From IMG/VR virus record IMGVR_UViG_3300041411_000080, positions 124,001-188,000 of that record: DNA of 64,000 bases; one strand, 5' to 3'. A program made the translations under genes and the position numbers. The notes beneath the pieces are model-generated. The model made no database searches. It saw only the letters and a list, made by a program, of their open reading frames with translations, and was not told where the DNA came from. The stretch's first letter is position 1; each line of letters starts with the position of its first letter. This document shows positions 47,514 through 56,805 of the stretch, piece after piece.

Positions 47514-47908
47514 ACCAGCTCCTTACTGATCGGACCTACGATCAACGACATATACGCATCGCGGCGCCCTTCGAATTCAACCGCCCAACCCAGTGAGCTG
47601 TAGTATTTTTCGATGTAATTTTTGACGAGTTTAGGGACAAAATAGTAACCCGCACCCTTATCACGTTCTTCATCGGTACGGTCCTCGTTAGCCAGGCCGT
47701 CCAGATCAAATTGAATCTTGATCTGACCATCTTCGGTTAAGAAGTTGTAATGGCGATCTTCGGCGAACGCGTTTGTAGACAATGTGTGATCGATCTTTTG
47801 TTTCAGACGATCACCGAGTTCACGCAGTGAATTGCAAACAGCTTCGCGAACTTTACCAGCGGATACTGGATTTTCATTTGGGTTACGAGTGAGGCCATGG
47901 TGCGACAT
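47510..47908 (-). CDS. Hypothetical protein
   Basis: 132 aa; AGGAG RBS. Confidence 0.65.
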   Translation of the reverse strand: MSHHGLTRNPNENPVSAGKVREAVCNSLRELGDRLKQKIDHTLSTNAFAEDRHYNFLTEDGQIKIQFDLDGLANEDRTDEERDKGAGYYFVPKLVKNYIEKYYSSLGWAVEFEGRRDAYMSLIVGPISKELV

Positions 47909-47919
47909 TGTAAACTCCT

Positions 47920-48009
47920 TTAAAAGAAATGGATGTAGAGGAAGCCACCGGTCAACCCGATGGCTAGTCCCCAGCAGATTGTTGCAGTACCTAGTGGTAA
48001 TGCATTCAT
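47920..48009 (-). CDS. 29-aa hydrophobic peptide (MNALPLGTATICWGLAIGLTGGFLYIHFF)
   Basis: Fills the gap exactly with an ATGA overlap; below the ORF-track cutoff. Confidence 0.45.
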   Translation of the reverse strand: MNALPLGTATICWGLAIGLTGGFLYIHFF

Positions 48010-48233
48010 GTAAACGCTATCAGTAACCCTGCGGAGATTACTGCTCCGATGACCGTTGGTAGAAAGCTCACATAAAGGAAAAGTTCCCAGTAGATGGCGA
48101 GCGGTTTATTCGACGTGTCGTGGTATTGCTGGACAGCAGATGCACCGACTAGCTGTAGTACCCCGGTAAGACAGAAGACTACCAAACTAGCCAGTGCAAT
48201 GTACTCTATTTTAAACGTGAAGGTGAAAGACAT
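48006..48233 (-). CDS. Small two-helix membrane protein
   Basis: Two hydrophobic helices; starts right after the previous stop. Confidence 0.55.
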   Translation of the reverse strand: MSFTFTFKIEYIALASLVVFCLTGVLQLVGASAVQQYHDTSNKPLAIYWELFLYVSFLPTVIGAVISAGLLIAFT

Positions 48234-48234
48234 G

Positions 48235-48528
48235 TTAATCCCGGCAAAGGTCTGAGAGTAGGTAGTTCGTGGTATATTCGCAAGGCTCTTGACGCCGAGT
48301 GATTTCCCAGTAGTTGCCATACGTACCAGAGTCACTACAGCAACTGCATTCCCGGACGTGTGTCCAACGAATGAATTCAATATCAAATTCACCCAGTGAA
48401 GGTGCACCGCCGAAGTGGGCACGGATCAAGGAAAGAAGATCACCGAACGAACGACGATCCTCCGCATGTGCAATGAACAACTTCGATTCACTGTTTACCG
48501 GGAAATCCCACGCATCTGCTCTACTCAC
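48235..48528 (-). CDS. Hypothetical protein
   Basis: 97 aa with ECSCC; ATGA coupling. Confidence 0.6.
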   Translation of the reverse strand: MSRADAWDFPVNSESKLFIAHAEDRRSFGDLLSLIRAHFGGAPSLGEFDIEFIRWTHVRECSCCSDSGTYGNYWEITRRQEPCEYTTNYLLSDLCRD

Positions 48529-49022
48529 GACAACAACTCCAGATCAACCTTTTCCAGCGCCAGTGCAGGCATGTGACGTTCTGCGTCATGCAGATCGATC
48601 TTGCGCCATTTAACGATCAGCTCGTTGAGCATCTCAGCTACAGCAATAGCTGCCCCACGGAACTGAGCGCCTTCACTCGCTTTACCGACATGATGTTCCA
48701 CGAACTTTGCCATGTCATCATGGTTAGGTTTACCACACCACGGCAACTGCCGATCAACAACGATCAGTGGAACGGTCCAACCCGTGCGGTAGATAGCGAG
48801 AGATTGTACACCGATGTCGGTATTGAGTGACCACTCGTACGACAGGTTACCACCACCCATGAACGCCGTGCAGCTATGGTGGTCTTCACCCTTCGCTTTC
48901 ATTGCAGCCACGATACGATCGAGTTGGGAATTAGCCTCACGACGCATCGTTACTTCTACGCCACTAGGATCGGCGCAGTACAACGTGATGTTACTGTTAA
49001 ACTTATGCTGAAAGAACGACAT
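48525..49022 (-). CDS. Hypothetical protein
   Basis: AGGAG RBS before ATG 49022. Confidence 0.65.
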   Translation of the reverse strand: MSFFQHKFNSNITLYCADPSGVEVTMRREANSQLDRIVAAMKAKGEDHHSCTAFMGGGNLSYEWSLNTDIGVQSLAIYRTGWTVPLIVVDRQLPWCGKPNHDDMAKFVEHHVGKASEGAQFRGAAIAVAEMLNELIVKWRKIDLHDAERHMPALALEKVDLELLS

Positions 49023-49027
49023 GGTTG

Positions 49028-49564
49028 TTACTCCTGGGGATGGGTAATGCTTTCGATATCCAGCCACCCGAAACAGGTAGGTCGGGTATCTACATCGCGG
49101 ATACGAAGACAGATCGCGTCGAACACGTTGCGAGTCAGGTCTTCGTGGTACTCGTGGTTGAGCGTTTCGGCTTGGTTCTTTACTACACGTAGAGCGTAGA
49201 CCTCTTTAGGACCATCGCGCCCAACTTCGAGGGTCATCCCCAACAGCAGGGAATCTTTGTTATCCCAACGATGGATCAACAACAACCCACGTTCGTTGCA
49301 CAGCAGGTGTACGTGACGCAGCAGGACCTTTTCATAGGCCCAACGCAGACTGCTAACCGAGGTGTAGTTATGACGGATTTCTTCAGCTTCACGAATCAGC
49401 TGATTCAACTCAGCGTCATCCTTGATGAATTCCCATTCTTCATGAGAGGCCATTGCCTTGAGGATCTCAGGCAGTTGCGGCATCTTCAGAACATCCCCGT
49501 GATCCGACACCTTGGAGATGATGGTGAGCAGATCGTTGTCGTTACGCAGTTCAATGTTAGTCAT
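49028..49564 (-). CDS. Hypothetical protein
   Basis: 178 aa; ATGA coupling. Confidence 0.65.
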   Translation of the reverse strand: MTNIELRNDNDLLTIISKVSDHGDVLKMPQLPEILKAMASHEEWEFIKDDAELNQLIREAEEIRHNYTSVSSLRWAYEKVLLRHVHLLCNERGLLLIHRWDNKDSLLLGMTLEVGRDGPKEVYALRVVKNQAETLNHEYHEDLTRNVFDAICLRIRDVDTRPTCFGWLDIESITHPQE

Positions 49565-49791
49565 AGCTTGAATTCCTTTGCAATGGCACTTACGTCTACA
49601 GCGGTGGTGTCACCGACTTTAACACGTTCGTACGCTTCGATGATGGTAGCCACGCTCAGAAAACCCTCACGGGTATTGGCGTAGTCATTGGCAACGCGGT
49701 ATTCGGTTGTAGTTGGACCACCCTTCAACCAATCTTCTTGGGTGTAAGCGTGGTTCAATACAGCATCAACAATTTCCTTCGAGACCGCCAT
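49561..49791 (-). CDS. Hypothetical protein
   Basis: 76 aa; AAGGA RBS. Confidence 0.6.
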   Translation of the reverse strand: MAVSKEIVDAVLNHAYTQEDWLKGGPTTTEYRVANDYANTREGFLSVATIIEAYERVKVGDTTAVDVSAIAKEFKL

Positions 49792-49800
49792 TTTAAATCC

Positions 49801-50103
49801 TTAACGTGGTAGGTAAGCCAACATGGTGATCATGTCGAGTGGCTTGAACTTGGCATATTCGTTTGCCTGTACGTCCGTAAGTTCTTTAGCCAGATCGGCA
49901 TCGATTGCATGCAGATCAAAGAACGCTTTAGAAGCGGACTCACTAATGAAGAACTTGCCAGTGGTGTAGATCGAGTGATCGTTGTGGTAGTAGCAAACCA
50001 CATAGACCTCACGATTGTTCAACAGCACCAACTGACGTTGGATAGCCGTAACAGGGGAAACGAGTACAGCTGTATCGAGAACTTCCAGTAATTGAGGGAT
50101 CAT
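49801..50103 (-). CDS. Hypothetical protein
   Basis: AAGGAG RBS before ATG 50103. Confidence 0.6.
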   Translation of the reverse strand: MIPQLLEVLDTAVLVSPVTAIQRQLVLLNNREVYVVCYYHNDHSIYTTGKFFISESASKAFFDLHAIDADLAKELTDVQANEYAKFKPLDMITMLAYLPR

Positions 50104-50144
50104 GTTACACTCCTTGGGATTAAATAAAAGTACAGCCAACAGAA

Positions 50145-50177
50145 AATAAAGCCCCTCCCGTTAAGGAGGGGTATATG
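50145..50177 (-). terminator. Hairpin terminator
   Basis: CCCCTCC-cgttaa-GGAGGGG flanked by ATAAAG and TATATG; nearly identical to the 5941 element. Confidence 0.75.
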
Positions 50178-50711
50178 TCACGGTAGTTCTTTAACCGGCT
50201 CAACTTCAACTTCGAACTGATAAATCAGATTCGATTCAGTAGGGATACTGAAAGTGCCGAAGTTTTCCATTACTTCCCCTTCAACCCGGCAAGTGACTTC
50301 CCCGATCTGATCACCACGCATGGTGACGTCAACGAAGGTATCTTTATTGCGGTTGATACAAAGGGTCTGTTCGATGGTACCGACATCTTTGATGAACCAG
50401 CCATCACCACGCGAGTTAGCAAACTTGACCATGTGAGCTTTACCAGTCAAGGCGCTGATCACAACCCAACCCAGACCTTTCCAGTAATACAACTGCATGT
50501 CATGATGGGTGGGGGAGAGCTGAGCGTTGATGCCACGCTTGATCATACGGTCATGCCATTCCAGCGCACGAACCTTACCCAGGACAGAGACTTCGCTGTG
50601 GTTGGGATCAGTTACCCAATCTTGTCCACCAGCCCAGTACTCCTTACCGTTAGGACCATCCGAAACGAGATGGAAGTGTTCAGCGTGTTTCGACAGGTTT
50701 TCATAAGCCAT
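50178..50711 (-). CDS. Hypothetical protein
   Basis: 177 aa; AAGGAG RBS. Confidence 0.65.
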   Translation of the reverse strand: MAYENLSKHAEHFHLVSDGPNGKEYWAGGQDWVTDPNHSEVSVLGKVRALEWHDRMIKRGINAQLSPTHHDMQLYYWKGLGWVVISALTGKAHMVKFANSRGDGWFIKDVGTIEQTLCINRNKDTFVDVTMRGDQIGEVTCRVEGEVMENFGTFSIPTESNLIYQFEVEVEPVKELP

Positions 50712-50713
50712 TT

Positions 50714-50866
50714 TTATTTCTCCTTGGTGCGACGTTTCCGTTTCTTTTTGGGTTGGTGTCGAGCGAGTGCAGTCATAATGGTTTTACCCATTTCCTGCTT
50801 ACGCTCGAACTCCAGTTCTGACTTTGTCTTACGACGAGGTGCTGGCCACATACACGGTGGCAGCAT
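50714..50866 (-). CDS. 50-aa basic peptide ending PKKKRKRRTKEK
   Basis: Fills the gap between flanking genes; read manually. Confidence 0.45.
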   Translation of the reverse strand: MLPPCMWPAPRRKTKSELEFERKQEMGKTIMTALARHQPKKKRKRRTKEK

Positions 50867-50871
50867 TATAT

Positions 50872-51282
50872 TCACAGCAAGCCCAGCTTAACGAGATCTA
50901 CGATGGCTTTAGCATCTTTGATGTCAACACGAATTGGACCGAAACATTCACGGATAGCTTTCACCGCCCGTACAACATGTGGACCTTGAGCCAGCTCGTG
51001 CCAACTTACACCTTCAGCTGTAACCAGTTCACGCCTTGGATCACGAGCCTGCACGTAACCGATCAACACCATGTGTTCACAGATGTTGGTGATCTGCTTC
51101 ATACGCAGGTTCAGGACAGCCGGTTCCAGAATCGTTACCCGGTTATTGGTATCAGAAACTTCCGCAACGATCTGCGCCATATTCGGAGAGTCCATGAGAC
51201 CTTTGATGATACGTTCAGCTTTGTCCATCGCGGCTTGCAATTCGTTAACGGTGTCGATGAACAGGATCGATTGGTCGAGCAC
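50872..51282 (-). CDS. Hypothetical protein with a C-terminal ribosomal bL12-like motif
   Basis: AAGGA plus GTG start; VRAVKAIRECFG...DIKDAKAIVD. Confidence 0.5.
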   Translation of the reverse strand: MLDQSILFIDTVNELQAAMDKAERIIKGLMDSPNMAQIVAEVSDTNNRVTILEPAVLNLRMKQITNICEHMVLIGYVQARDPRRELVTAEGVSWHELAQGPHVVRAVKAIRECFGPIRVDIKDAKAIVDLVKLGLL

Positions 51283-51293
51283 GGTAAATTCCT

Positions 51294-51731
51294 TTAGAGA
51301 GTTTTGAGAAGATGTTTGATTTGTGGATGGTCTGCCAGAGCCAACACTTTCTGCAACCGAGGACCCCAAACATCAATAGGGTCCACAGCCGCAGGTTTAA
51401 GACCCATAGCTACCCGATTGGCATTACAGTCAGAACAGAACTTGTGGATAGTACCAGCTACGATCAGGTGGTTGAAGAGCAGTTGTGTAGACCAGGCACC
51501 GCGGGAGTCATAAGCAACACGACTACCCGTAAGAGTAAGGTCAGCTTCTTTGGCAAGCTCTCGCAGGCTAGCGAGTTCTCTGACGAATAACTCCATGTCC
51601 TTTAATTCGCCATCCCACCACCATACACCCACAGGGGAATAATTGATGAACTCCAGAAGATGGTGCGAAACGTAAAAATCACGTTTACGCTCCAGAGCTT
51701 CTGCACGTTTTACTTCTTTAGACTTGGCCAT
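51294..51731 (-). CDS. Hypothetical protein
   Basis: 145 aa. Confidence 0.6.
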   Translation of the reverse strand: MAKSKEVKRAEALERKRDFYVSHHLLEFINYSPVGVWWWDGELKDMELFVRELASLRELAKEADLTLTGSRVAYDSRGAWSTQLLFNHLIVAGTIHKFCSDCNANRVAMGLKPAAVDPIDVWGPRLQKVLALADHPQIKHLLKTL

Positions 51732-51740
51732 CGTGAACCC

Positions 51741-52031
51741 TTAACGGAAAGAAAGATCGACTTTAACTTCCAGACCGTTTTCTTTGCAGATGGTCAGGAT
51801 ACGACGCAGAGCATGCTTGTACGGCAGGCGCAAAGCATAGTCGGTGTCGTAGGTGTTGTCGATCTCTTTTACTTCGATCAACATGTTTGGCAGATAATCA
51901 TCAGCCTTGAACTTTTCCGAGAGTGGATGGGTATCCAGCATTTCGAACAGGTCTTCATGTTTTGGCAGATCAAGACCGCCACCCATGCGTTGAGTCGATT
52001 TGTACCAGTCTTCCAAAGTTGGGATAAACAT
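51741..52031 (-). CDS. Hypothetical protein
   Basis: AGGAG RBS. Confidence 0.6.
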   Translation of the reverse strand: MFIPTLEDWYKSTQRMGGGLDLPKHEDLFEMLDTHPLSEKFKADDYLPNMLIEVKEIDNTYDTDYALRLPYKHALRRILTICKENGLEVKVDLSFR

Positions 52032-52055
52032 ATTCAAACTCCTTTAAAAAGAAAA

Positions 52056-52091
52056 TATAAGACCCCACCTCCTTTCGGAAGTGGGGGTCTC
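52056..52091 (-). terminator. Hairpin terminator
   Basis: AGACCCCAC...GTGGGGGTCT imperfect stem followed by a T-rich tract on the minus strand. Confidence 0.6.
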
Positions 52092-52093
52092 GT

Positions 52094-52432
52094 TTAGGCC
52101 TTGCGAATATCTTTCATCAGCTTCTTGACTTGCTCGTCGAAACGTGCGAGCCACTCGTTCAGCTCCTTCTCGTGTTGGGAGTTAAGCTCCACGAAGGTCT
52201 TACGGATTTCAGCCGCGGCCAGCTCGAAGGTGAAACGTGCTCTCTCACGATCGTTCGGGTGATCCTTCATCGCAGCATCAAACGCATGAATCATGGATTC
52301 ATACGCGGTGTCAGCATGCTTAGGGCACCACTTCTTACGCGTGGTCAACATAACCACACCCACAACAGCCGCAGTTGCTGCAACTGCGATACCAGCGGCG
52401 ATAAGGATGTTTTTCTTGTTGAACTCGATCAT
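52094..52432 (-). CDS. Membrane-anchored early protein
   Basis: N-terminal helix ILIAAGIAVAATAAVVGVVML; has its own promoter and terminator. Confidence 0.7.
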   Translation of the reverse strand: MIEFNKKNILIAAGIAVAATAAVVGVVMLTTRKKWCPKHADTAYESMIHAFDAAMKDHPNDRERARFTFELAAAEIRKTFVELNSQHEKELNEWLARFDEQVKKLMKDIRKA

Positions 52433-52481
52433 TTTTGAAACTCCTGTAGATATGTTTGGATAGGTGATACCCAGTTGAATA

Positions 52482-52515
52482 TCACCTTTGTAATATAGCC
52501 TTAAATGAGGTTCTA
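52482..52515 (-). promoter_or_regulatory. phiKZ-type early promoter
   Basis: TAGAA-N13-TATATTAC-N4-GTGA. Confidence 0.8.
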
Positions 52516-52839
52516 TTACAGCTTGTTGCGGTTACGGCAAATGGCTCGCTTCAGATAACGCTTGAAACTGGCCTTGTGGATGTACAGGTGTTCGTCAACA
52601 ACGACGTAAACCTTTTCTTTGAGTTCCATCAGACGGAACGCAACCCCGGTTACACTAATCCAGGCGTTTTGTCGCAGCTGAGGATACATCTCGTCGATCT
52701 TACCCGAGATGAATTCCAGGATGGCATCAGGCATGTGTCCGGTGTAGAGAGCGTAATACTCTTTACCGAAACCATGATGCCGTTTCATTGCATTACCACT
52801 TTCAATGGCAACGCCCAGCTTAGCTTTTTCAGATACCAT
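52516..52839 (-). CDS. Hypothetical protein
   Basis: AAGGA RBS before ATG 52839. Confidence 0.6.
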   Translation of the reverse strand: MVSEKAKLGVAIESGNAMKRHHGFGKEYYALYTGHMPDAILEFISGKIDEMYPQLRQNAWISVTGVAFRLMELKEKVYVVVDEHLYIHKASFKRYLKRAICRNRNKL

Positions 52840-52850
52840 GATTGTATTCC

Positions 52851-53315
52851 TTACAAGGCTACAAAGAGTGAGTCGAAATGGTCGATACCAGCGAAGGCCT
52901 CCCAAGCGAAATGGAAGACCTCTGTTGCAACGATGGAACCGTCAGGTCGTACCACCATTACGTGGTACTTCTTATCGGCCCCGAGCTTAACATCGATGGC
53001 GAAACCATTTTCTTGCTCTTCGCTGTAGCCGAACTCGAACAGTACGTGGAGAATGCATTGCTCGAACAAATCACGACAAGCCATCCCATAGTGGCGACGG
53101 CGATCACGATTCGGTTCGTTGTAACGCATCTGGAAACGTTCCCAGAGGTTGTCTTCACGAATCTTTCTTGCAATGCCTAGAACCGTACACTCGAGGTGAA
53201 TCATGAGGGCACGGATGTTGTCGCCATATGGCAGACTCTTTTTGTCACGACGGTTGATTTCTCGAACCATAGCAACAATCAGAGCCATTCCGGTTTTGTC
53301 AGTGATTTGCAGCAT
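52851..53315 (-). CDS. Hypothetical protein
   Basis: 154 aa. Confidence 0.65.
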   Translation of the reverse strand: MLQITDKTGMALIVAMVREINRRDKKSLPYGDNIRALMIHLECTVLGIARKIREDNLWERFQMRYNEPNRDRRRHYGMACRDLFEQCILHVLFEFGYSEEQENGFAIDVKLGADKKYHVMVVRPDGSIVATEVFHFAWEAFAGIDHFDSLFVAL

Positions 53316-53320
53316 TTCTG

Positions 53321-54634
53321 TTAACTCTCCAGTTTGATAGCATGACGCTCGGCGAGGTCAGTGCGATGGCGGTCGTGGTCGATATAGTCGCCGGTGAAGA
53401 AGTTACGGATAACCCACGAACCCATCAATGGGTTACCTTCAGGGCTTTGACCGTATTCACGAGCGATTACGAATTGAACATCGTTACGGGTATAGCGGTA
53501 GTGATCGTCAACCTCGAAAGCTTTGACGGGTTCTTGTAGTGCAGTGTTCTCTAAGCTGATGAGGGCATTGAGTGCATCCACCCCCGAGTACCGGCTATTA
53601 ACTACAACTTCAGCTTCACCGATGTTACGGGTAATGCTTTGTTTAGTGTCACCCATTTCGAGTGCTACCAGAACCTGTTCAGCAATGTACTCGCAAGTCG
53701 GCCAGCCGTTCTTTGCATTGGCGTCCCACAGCTTACGACTGAACTCACGGATCTTGCCCATGGTCCAGGATTCACCTTGAGCAGCGAGTACCCGACGGAC
53801 TTCTTCGGCTACAGCTTTATGTTCAGGGCTCATATCTGCAAATGGATCAGGCTTTTCACCGATGGCAATAATCCCGCGGGCCGTTTCAGATTCACGTGCG
53901 ATAATACCACCCAATGAGTTGTAGATATCACTATCACTCAGCCATTGCCCACGCTGATTGCTGCTGAAGATCGCATCCGCATAGTTACGGCACTGCCATG
54001 CCATACGAACTAAACCATTTCCCTCGATATGACGGGTCACCTCACGCAAGATCCGACTGTGTTGAACCGCATCACCAATGCTGATCTCGTAACCGCTTGG
54101 ATTTAATTGGCCCAGACGGTGGTTGAGATAGGTGAGCGACTCTTCAAAAGATGTTGCCCCATGGTCAAGCGCTTCGGCAGCGTAAATCTCAGCGTCTTTC
54201 ATGCTAAGGGGTACGCATGCCTGGTGTGCGATCGACATGAATCTTTCCGGTACGCTTAGTCCGATCTTGCAACCCGCCGACCAATTAGCGAGCAGATTGA
54301 AAAAGGAACGGACATCAAACCCAGATTTAGGTAGGGGGTCCATGTCTTTGATTGCTTTCTGGCGTACGCGTGCCAACTGGCCCTTCTCACCATATCCCAC
54401 AGTCTTACCAGTGTTGTCGATCTTACCTTCCAGGTACATCGCCATGTTGTGGGACGCCGAGCCGAATGCCGAGATATCCGTCAGATGGAGGATTTCACTG
54501 ATCGCAGTTTTTTCGATCGCCATTGCTTCTTCAGCAGAATTGCACTGAAGATTCAATTTGGATAACCACTGACCTACGGCCTGTGCAACGGCTTCGTAGT
54601 TTGGGTGAGTGGTCATGCTATCTTTTACAGACAT
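53321..54634 (-). CDS. Multi-domain hypothetical protein
   Basis: 437 aa; no family recognised. Confidence 0.7.
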   Translation of the reverse strand: MSVKDSMTTHPNYEAVAQAVGQWLSKLNLQCNSAEEAMAIEKTAISEILHLTDISAFGSASHNMAMYLEGKIDNTGKTVGYGEKGQLARVRQKAIKDMDPLPKSGFDVRSFFNLLANWSAGCKIGLSVPERFMSIAHQACVPLSMKDAEIYAAEALDHGATSFEESLTYLNHRLGQLNPSGYEISIGDAVQHSRILREVTRHIEGNGLVRMAWQCRNYADAIFSSNQRGQWLSDSDIYNSLGGIIARESETARGIIAIGEKPDPFADMSPEHKAVAEEVRRVLAAQGESWTMGKIREFSRKLWDANAKNGWPTCEYIAEQVLVALEMGDTKQSITRNIGEAEVVVNSRYSGVDALNALISLENTALQEPVKAFEVDDHYRYTRNDVQFVIAREYGQSPEGNPLMGSWVIRNFFTGDYIDHDRHRTDLAERHAIKLES

Positions 54635-54921
54635 TTAAAAAGCCTCTTGTGGAAACGAATTGAAAGAACTGTACCCAGTGCACCACCAGTCATTGCGGTG
54701 AGCAATGCCGGTAGACCCGCTAGGACCAGAAAGGAAAGGTTAGCTGCAAAGGTCAGCGTAACGGCGCAGGATGTAATACCCGCTGCCAGTTCACGACCTT
54801 GTGCAATGTTCCGGGATTGGAAGCACTTCACGAATGCTTCACCGAAGTTGGATAGTAAACTACCCAACAACAGTATCCAGATCGGGATAACAGGTAACCC
54901 GAGGATTTCAGCGATGCTCAA
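54625..54921 (-). CDS. Small multi-pass membrane protein
   Basis: Three hydrophobic segments ending GGALGTVLSI. Confidence 0.55.
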   Translation of the reverse strand: MSIAEILGLPVIPIWILLLGSLLSNFGEAFVKCFQSRNIAQGRELAAGITSCAVTLTFAANLSFLVLAGLPALLTAMTGGALGTVLSIRFHKRLFKCL

Positions 54922-55183
54922 GGATCAACCCCATAGCTTCAGGTTCGGTGTACACCAACTCGCCGTTAACGAACTTACAGCTCTGAAGATGCAAATGCGC
55001 TTTACGGAAACCGTAGTTACGGCTAGCTGGATCACGTACGATCTCTTCGATCTTAGCAGCGACGATGTTGATTGCCGCTTCACGAGTAACCAGATCAGAC
55101 TTGACATGTTGATCAACCCACTGGGTCGCATTCTCACGTGCAGTGGTCACTAAAAAGTGTTCCAACTTCTCTTTGTTGTTCAT
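54908..55183 (-). CDS. Hypothetical protein
   Basis: 91 aa; AAGGAG RBS. Confidence 0.6.
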   Translation of the reverse strand: MNNKEKLEHFLVTTARENATQWVDQHVKSDLVTREAAINIVAAKIEEIVRDPASRNYGFRKAHLHLQSCKFVNGELVYTEPEAMGLILEHR

Positions 55184-55193
55184 GTACTACTCC

Positions 55194-55352
55194 TTAACGA
55201 GAAGTTACGAGTACAGGTTCGCCAGTAGGACCGATGCGATGACCGTAAACGATTTCAGTTTTGTTTTCTTCAGCCTGCGGAGGAGTGGTCAGCTTTTCGT
55301 TAGCGAACATTGCACCGAGGATGATACCAGATACCAGAAGCATAGCTTTCAT
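55194..55352 (-). CDS. 52-aa signal/membrane peptide (MKAMLLVSGIILGAMFA...)
   Basis: AAGGA RBS; read manually. Confidence 0.55.
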   Translation of the reverse strand: MKAMLLVSGIILGAMFANEKLTTPPQAEENKTEIVYGHRIGPTGEPVLVTSR

Positions 55353-55393
55353 TTTTAGATTCCTTCAATTAATGAATTTAGGGTTGAGGCTCC

Positions 55394-55654
55394 TTAGAGC
55401 CCCATGGTAGGTTGTTGGAAGTGTGCCAGTACATCGTTCAAAGAAACGTTGGAGGGAAGCTCCAGCGCTTCAGCAAGCCCTTGTGTCAGGCTTACTGTAC
55501 AGAGATCATCATGAACACCATTGGTGTCCAGCAGATAGAACGCACGATCCATTTCACTGAAGGGATCATGGATGCAATATTCGTTGTCATCGAGGATATG
55601 ATCGATGTGGTGAAAGTTGCGGGTCAAGATTTCGTTAAGTGTTACACGACGCAT
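55394..55654 (-). CDS. Hypothetical protein
   Basis: 86 aa; AGGA RBS. Confidence 0.6.
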   Translation of the reverse strand: MRRVTLNEILTRNFHHIDHILDDNEYCIHDPFSEMDRAFYLLDTNGVHDDLCTVSLTQGLAEALELPSNVSLNDVLAHFQQPTMGL

Positions 55655-55678
55655 TGTTTTAATTTCCTATTGGTCAGA

Positions 55679-55849
55679 CTACTGTTTTATTAGTTTACGT
55701 ATTGCTTTAACGCCCCAGCAACCTAGTTCCCAGATACCCCAAAGCGAAGCTAGTATTGCAAAAAAACTCAAAGTAAAAATTACCATACTAGTGAAATTAT
55801 CACTACTGGTATCAGTATAAGAAAATAAAATGTATTGTGTGGTGGTCAT
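55679..55849 (-). CDS. 56-aa membrane peptide
   Basis: Helix MVIFTLSFFAILASLWGIW followed by a basic tail; read manually. Confidence 0.45.
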   Translation of the reverse strand: MTTTQYILFSYTDTSSDNFTSMVIFTLSFFAILASLWGIWELGCWGVKAIRKLIKQ

Positions 55850-55870
55850 GGGTATGGTCCATCATAGGGG

Positions 55871-55897
55871 AATAAAAAGGGAGTCCGAAGACTCCCC
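55871..55897 (-). terminator. Hairpin terminator
   Basis: GGGAGTC-cgaa-GACTCCC followed by TTTTTATT on the minus strand. Confidence 0.75.
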
Positions 55898-55904
55898 TTG
55901 GGTA

Positions 55905-56180
55905 TTACAGCCAGGCACCATAAAGCAGTTGGGCCTTACGACCGGTATCTGCCATGGTGTAGGAGTGATCCCACGAATCACGATGTTGACGGATGAATGC
56001 AATCATCTCGGTCTTCAGGTCTTCATCAGACAGACCCTTGGCACGAGAGATGGCTTCATGAGCTGTGATCATATCTTCGATATGAGTCAGAGCTTCTTCG
56101 TCAGCGACATGCATGCAGGTAGCGAAGATAACCGCACCAGCAAATGCTGCCAACGAATATTTGATAATAGACCCGATCAT
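55905..56180 (-). CDS. Small membrane-anchored protein
   Basis: N-terminal hydrophobic helix; AAGGAG RBS. Confidence 0.6.
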   Translation of the reverse strand: MIGSIIKYSLAAFAGAVIFATCMHVADEEALTHIEDMITAHEAISRAKGLSDEDLKTEMIAFIRQHRDSWDHSYTMADTGRKAQLLYGAWL

Positions 56181-56210
56181 TTAAATTCTCCTTAAAGACC
56201 GTTACCGCGA

Positions 56211-56369
56211 TTAAATGTTTGCTGCGGACTCTTCGGCTTCGGCAGTTGCTTCAGCACGTTGAGCGTTAGCCTGATCTTCTGCGGCTTTACCATCTTTGTC
56301 TTGCAGGTAGAAGTAAGCAGCAGTACCAACAGCAGCCAGAACAGCAACACCAGCGTATACGAATTTCAT
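56211..56369 (-). CDS. 52-aa membrane-anchored peptide (MKFVYAGVAVLAAVGTAAYFY...)
   Basis: GAGGA RBS; ATGA overlap; read manually. Confidence 0.6.
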   Translation of the reverse strand: MKFVYAGVAVLAAVGTAAYFYLQDKDGKAAEDQANAQRAEATAEAEESAANI

Positions 56370-56713
56370 GTTGTTTCCTCAGAGCAGATTTGGATTAGGT
56401 CGTTTAGAGCGAAGTCTTTAGCAGTTCCCCGATACATCAGGTCAACTTGCTCAAGCATTGAATTTACCACAAGTGTAGCGATGTCTCTGATCTCGTCAGC
56501 TCTCTCCTCAGGAAAGAGTCGACGGTAGTTATCACATTGCATGAGACACAGATGCAAACGCCTCACAGCGCTTCGTGCGCGGTTTGAGTGATATATCTGT
56601 AACTCTCTGACATCACCTAAGCGAGCAGAGACCAACAAAGCTACGGAAGCCACTACAGCTACCGATGCCGCACAGCCTACGGCCATGCCTTTCATCATCC
56701 GACCGATGTTCAT
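56366..56713 (-). CDS. Membrane-anchored protein
   Basis: N-terminal helix AVGCAASVAVVASVALLVSA. Confidence 0.6.
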   Translation of the reverse strand: MNIGRMMKGMAVGCAASVAVVASVALLVSARLGDVRELQIYHSNRARSAVRRLHLCLMQCDNYRRLFPEERADEIRDIATLVVNSMLEQVDLMYRGTAKDFALNDLIQICSEETT

Positions 56714-56805
56714 GGGTCAACCGCGTCGACTACAACTTCGTAGACGACACGCACCACGATTACAACAGTCATGATGCTGATCAAACCCTTGACCACTTCA
56801 CGCAT
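56710..56805 (-). CDS. 31-aa hydrophobic peptide
   Basis: AAGGA RBS; overlaps both neighbours; read manually. Confidence 0.45.
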   Translation of the reverse strand: MREVVKGLISIMTVVIVVRVVYEVVVDAVDP

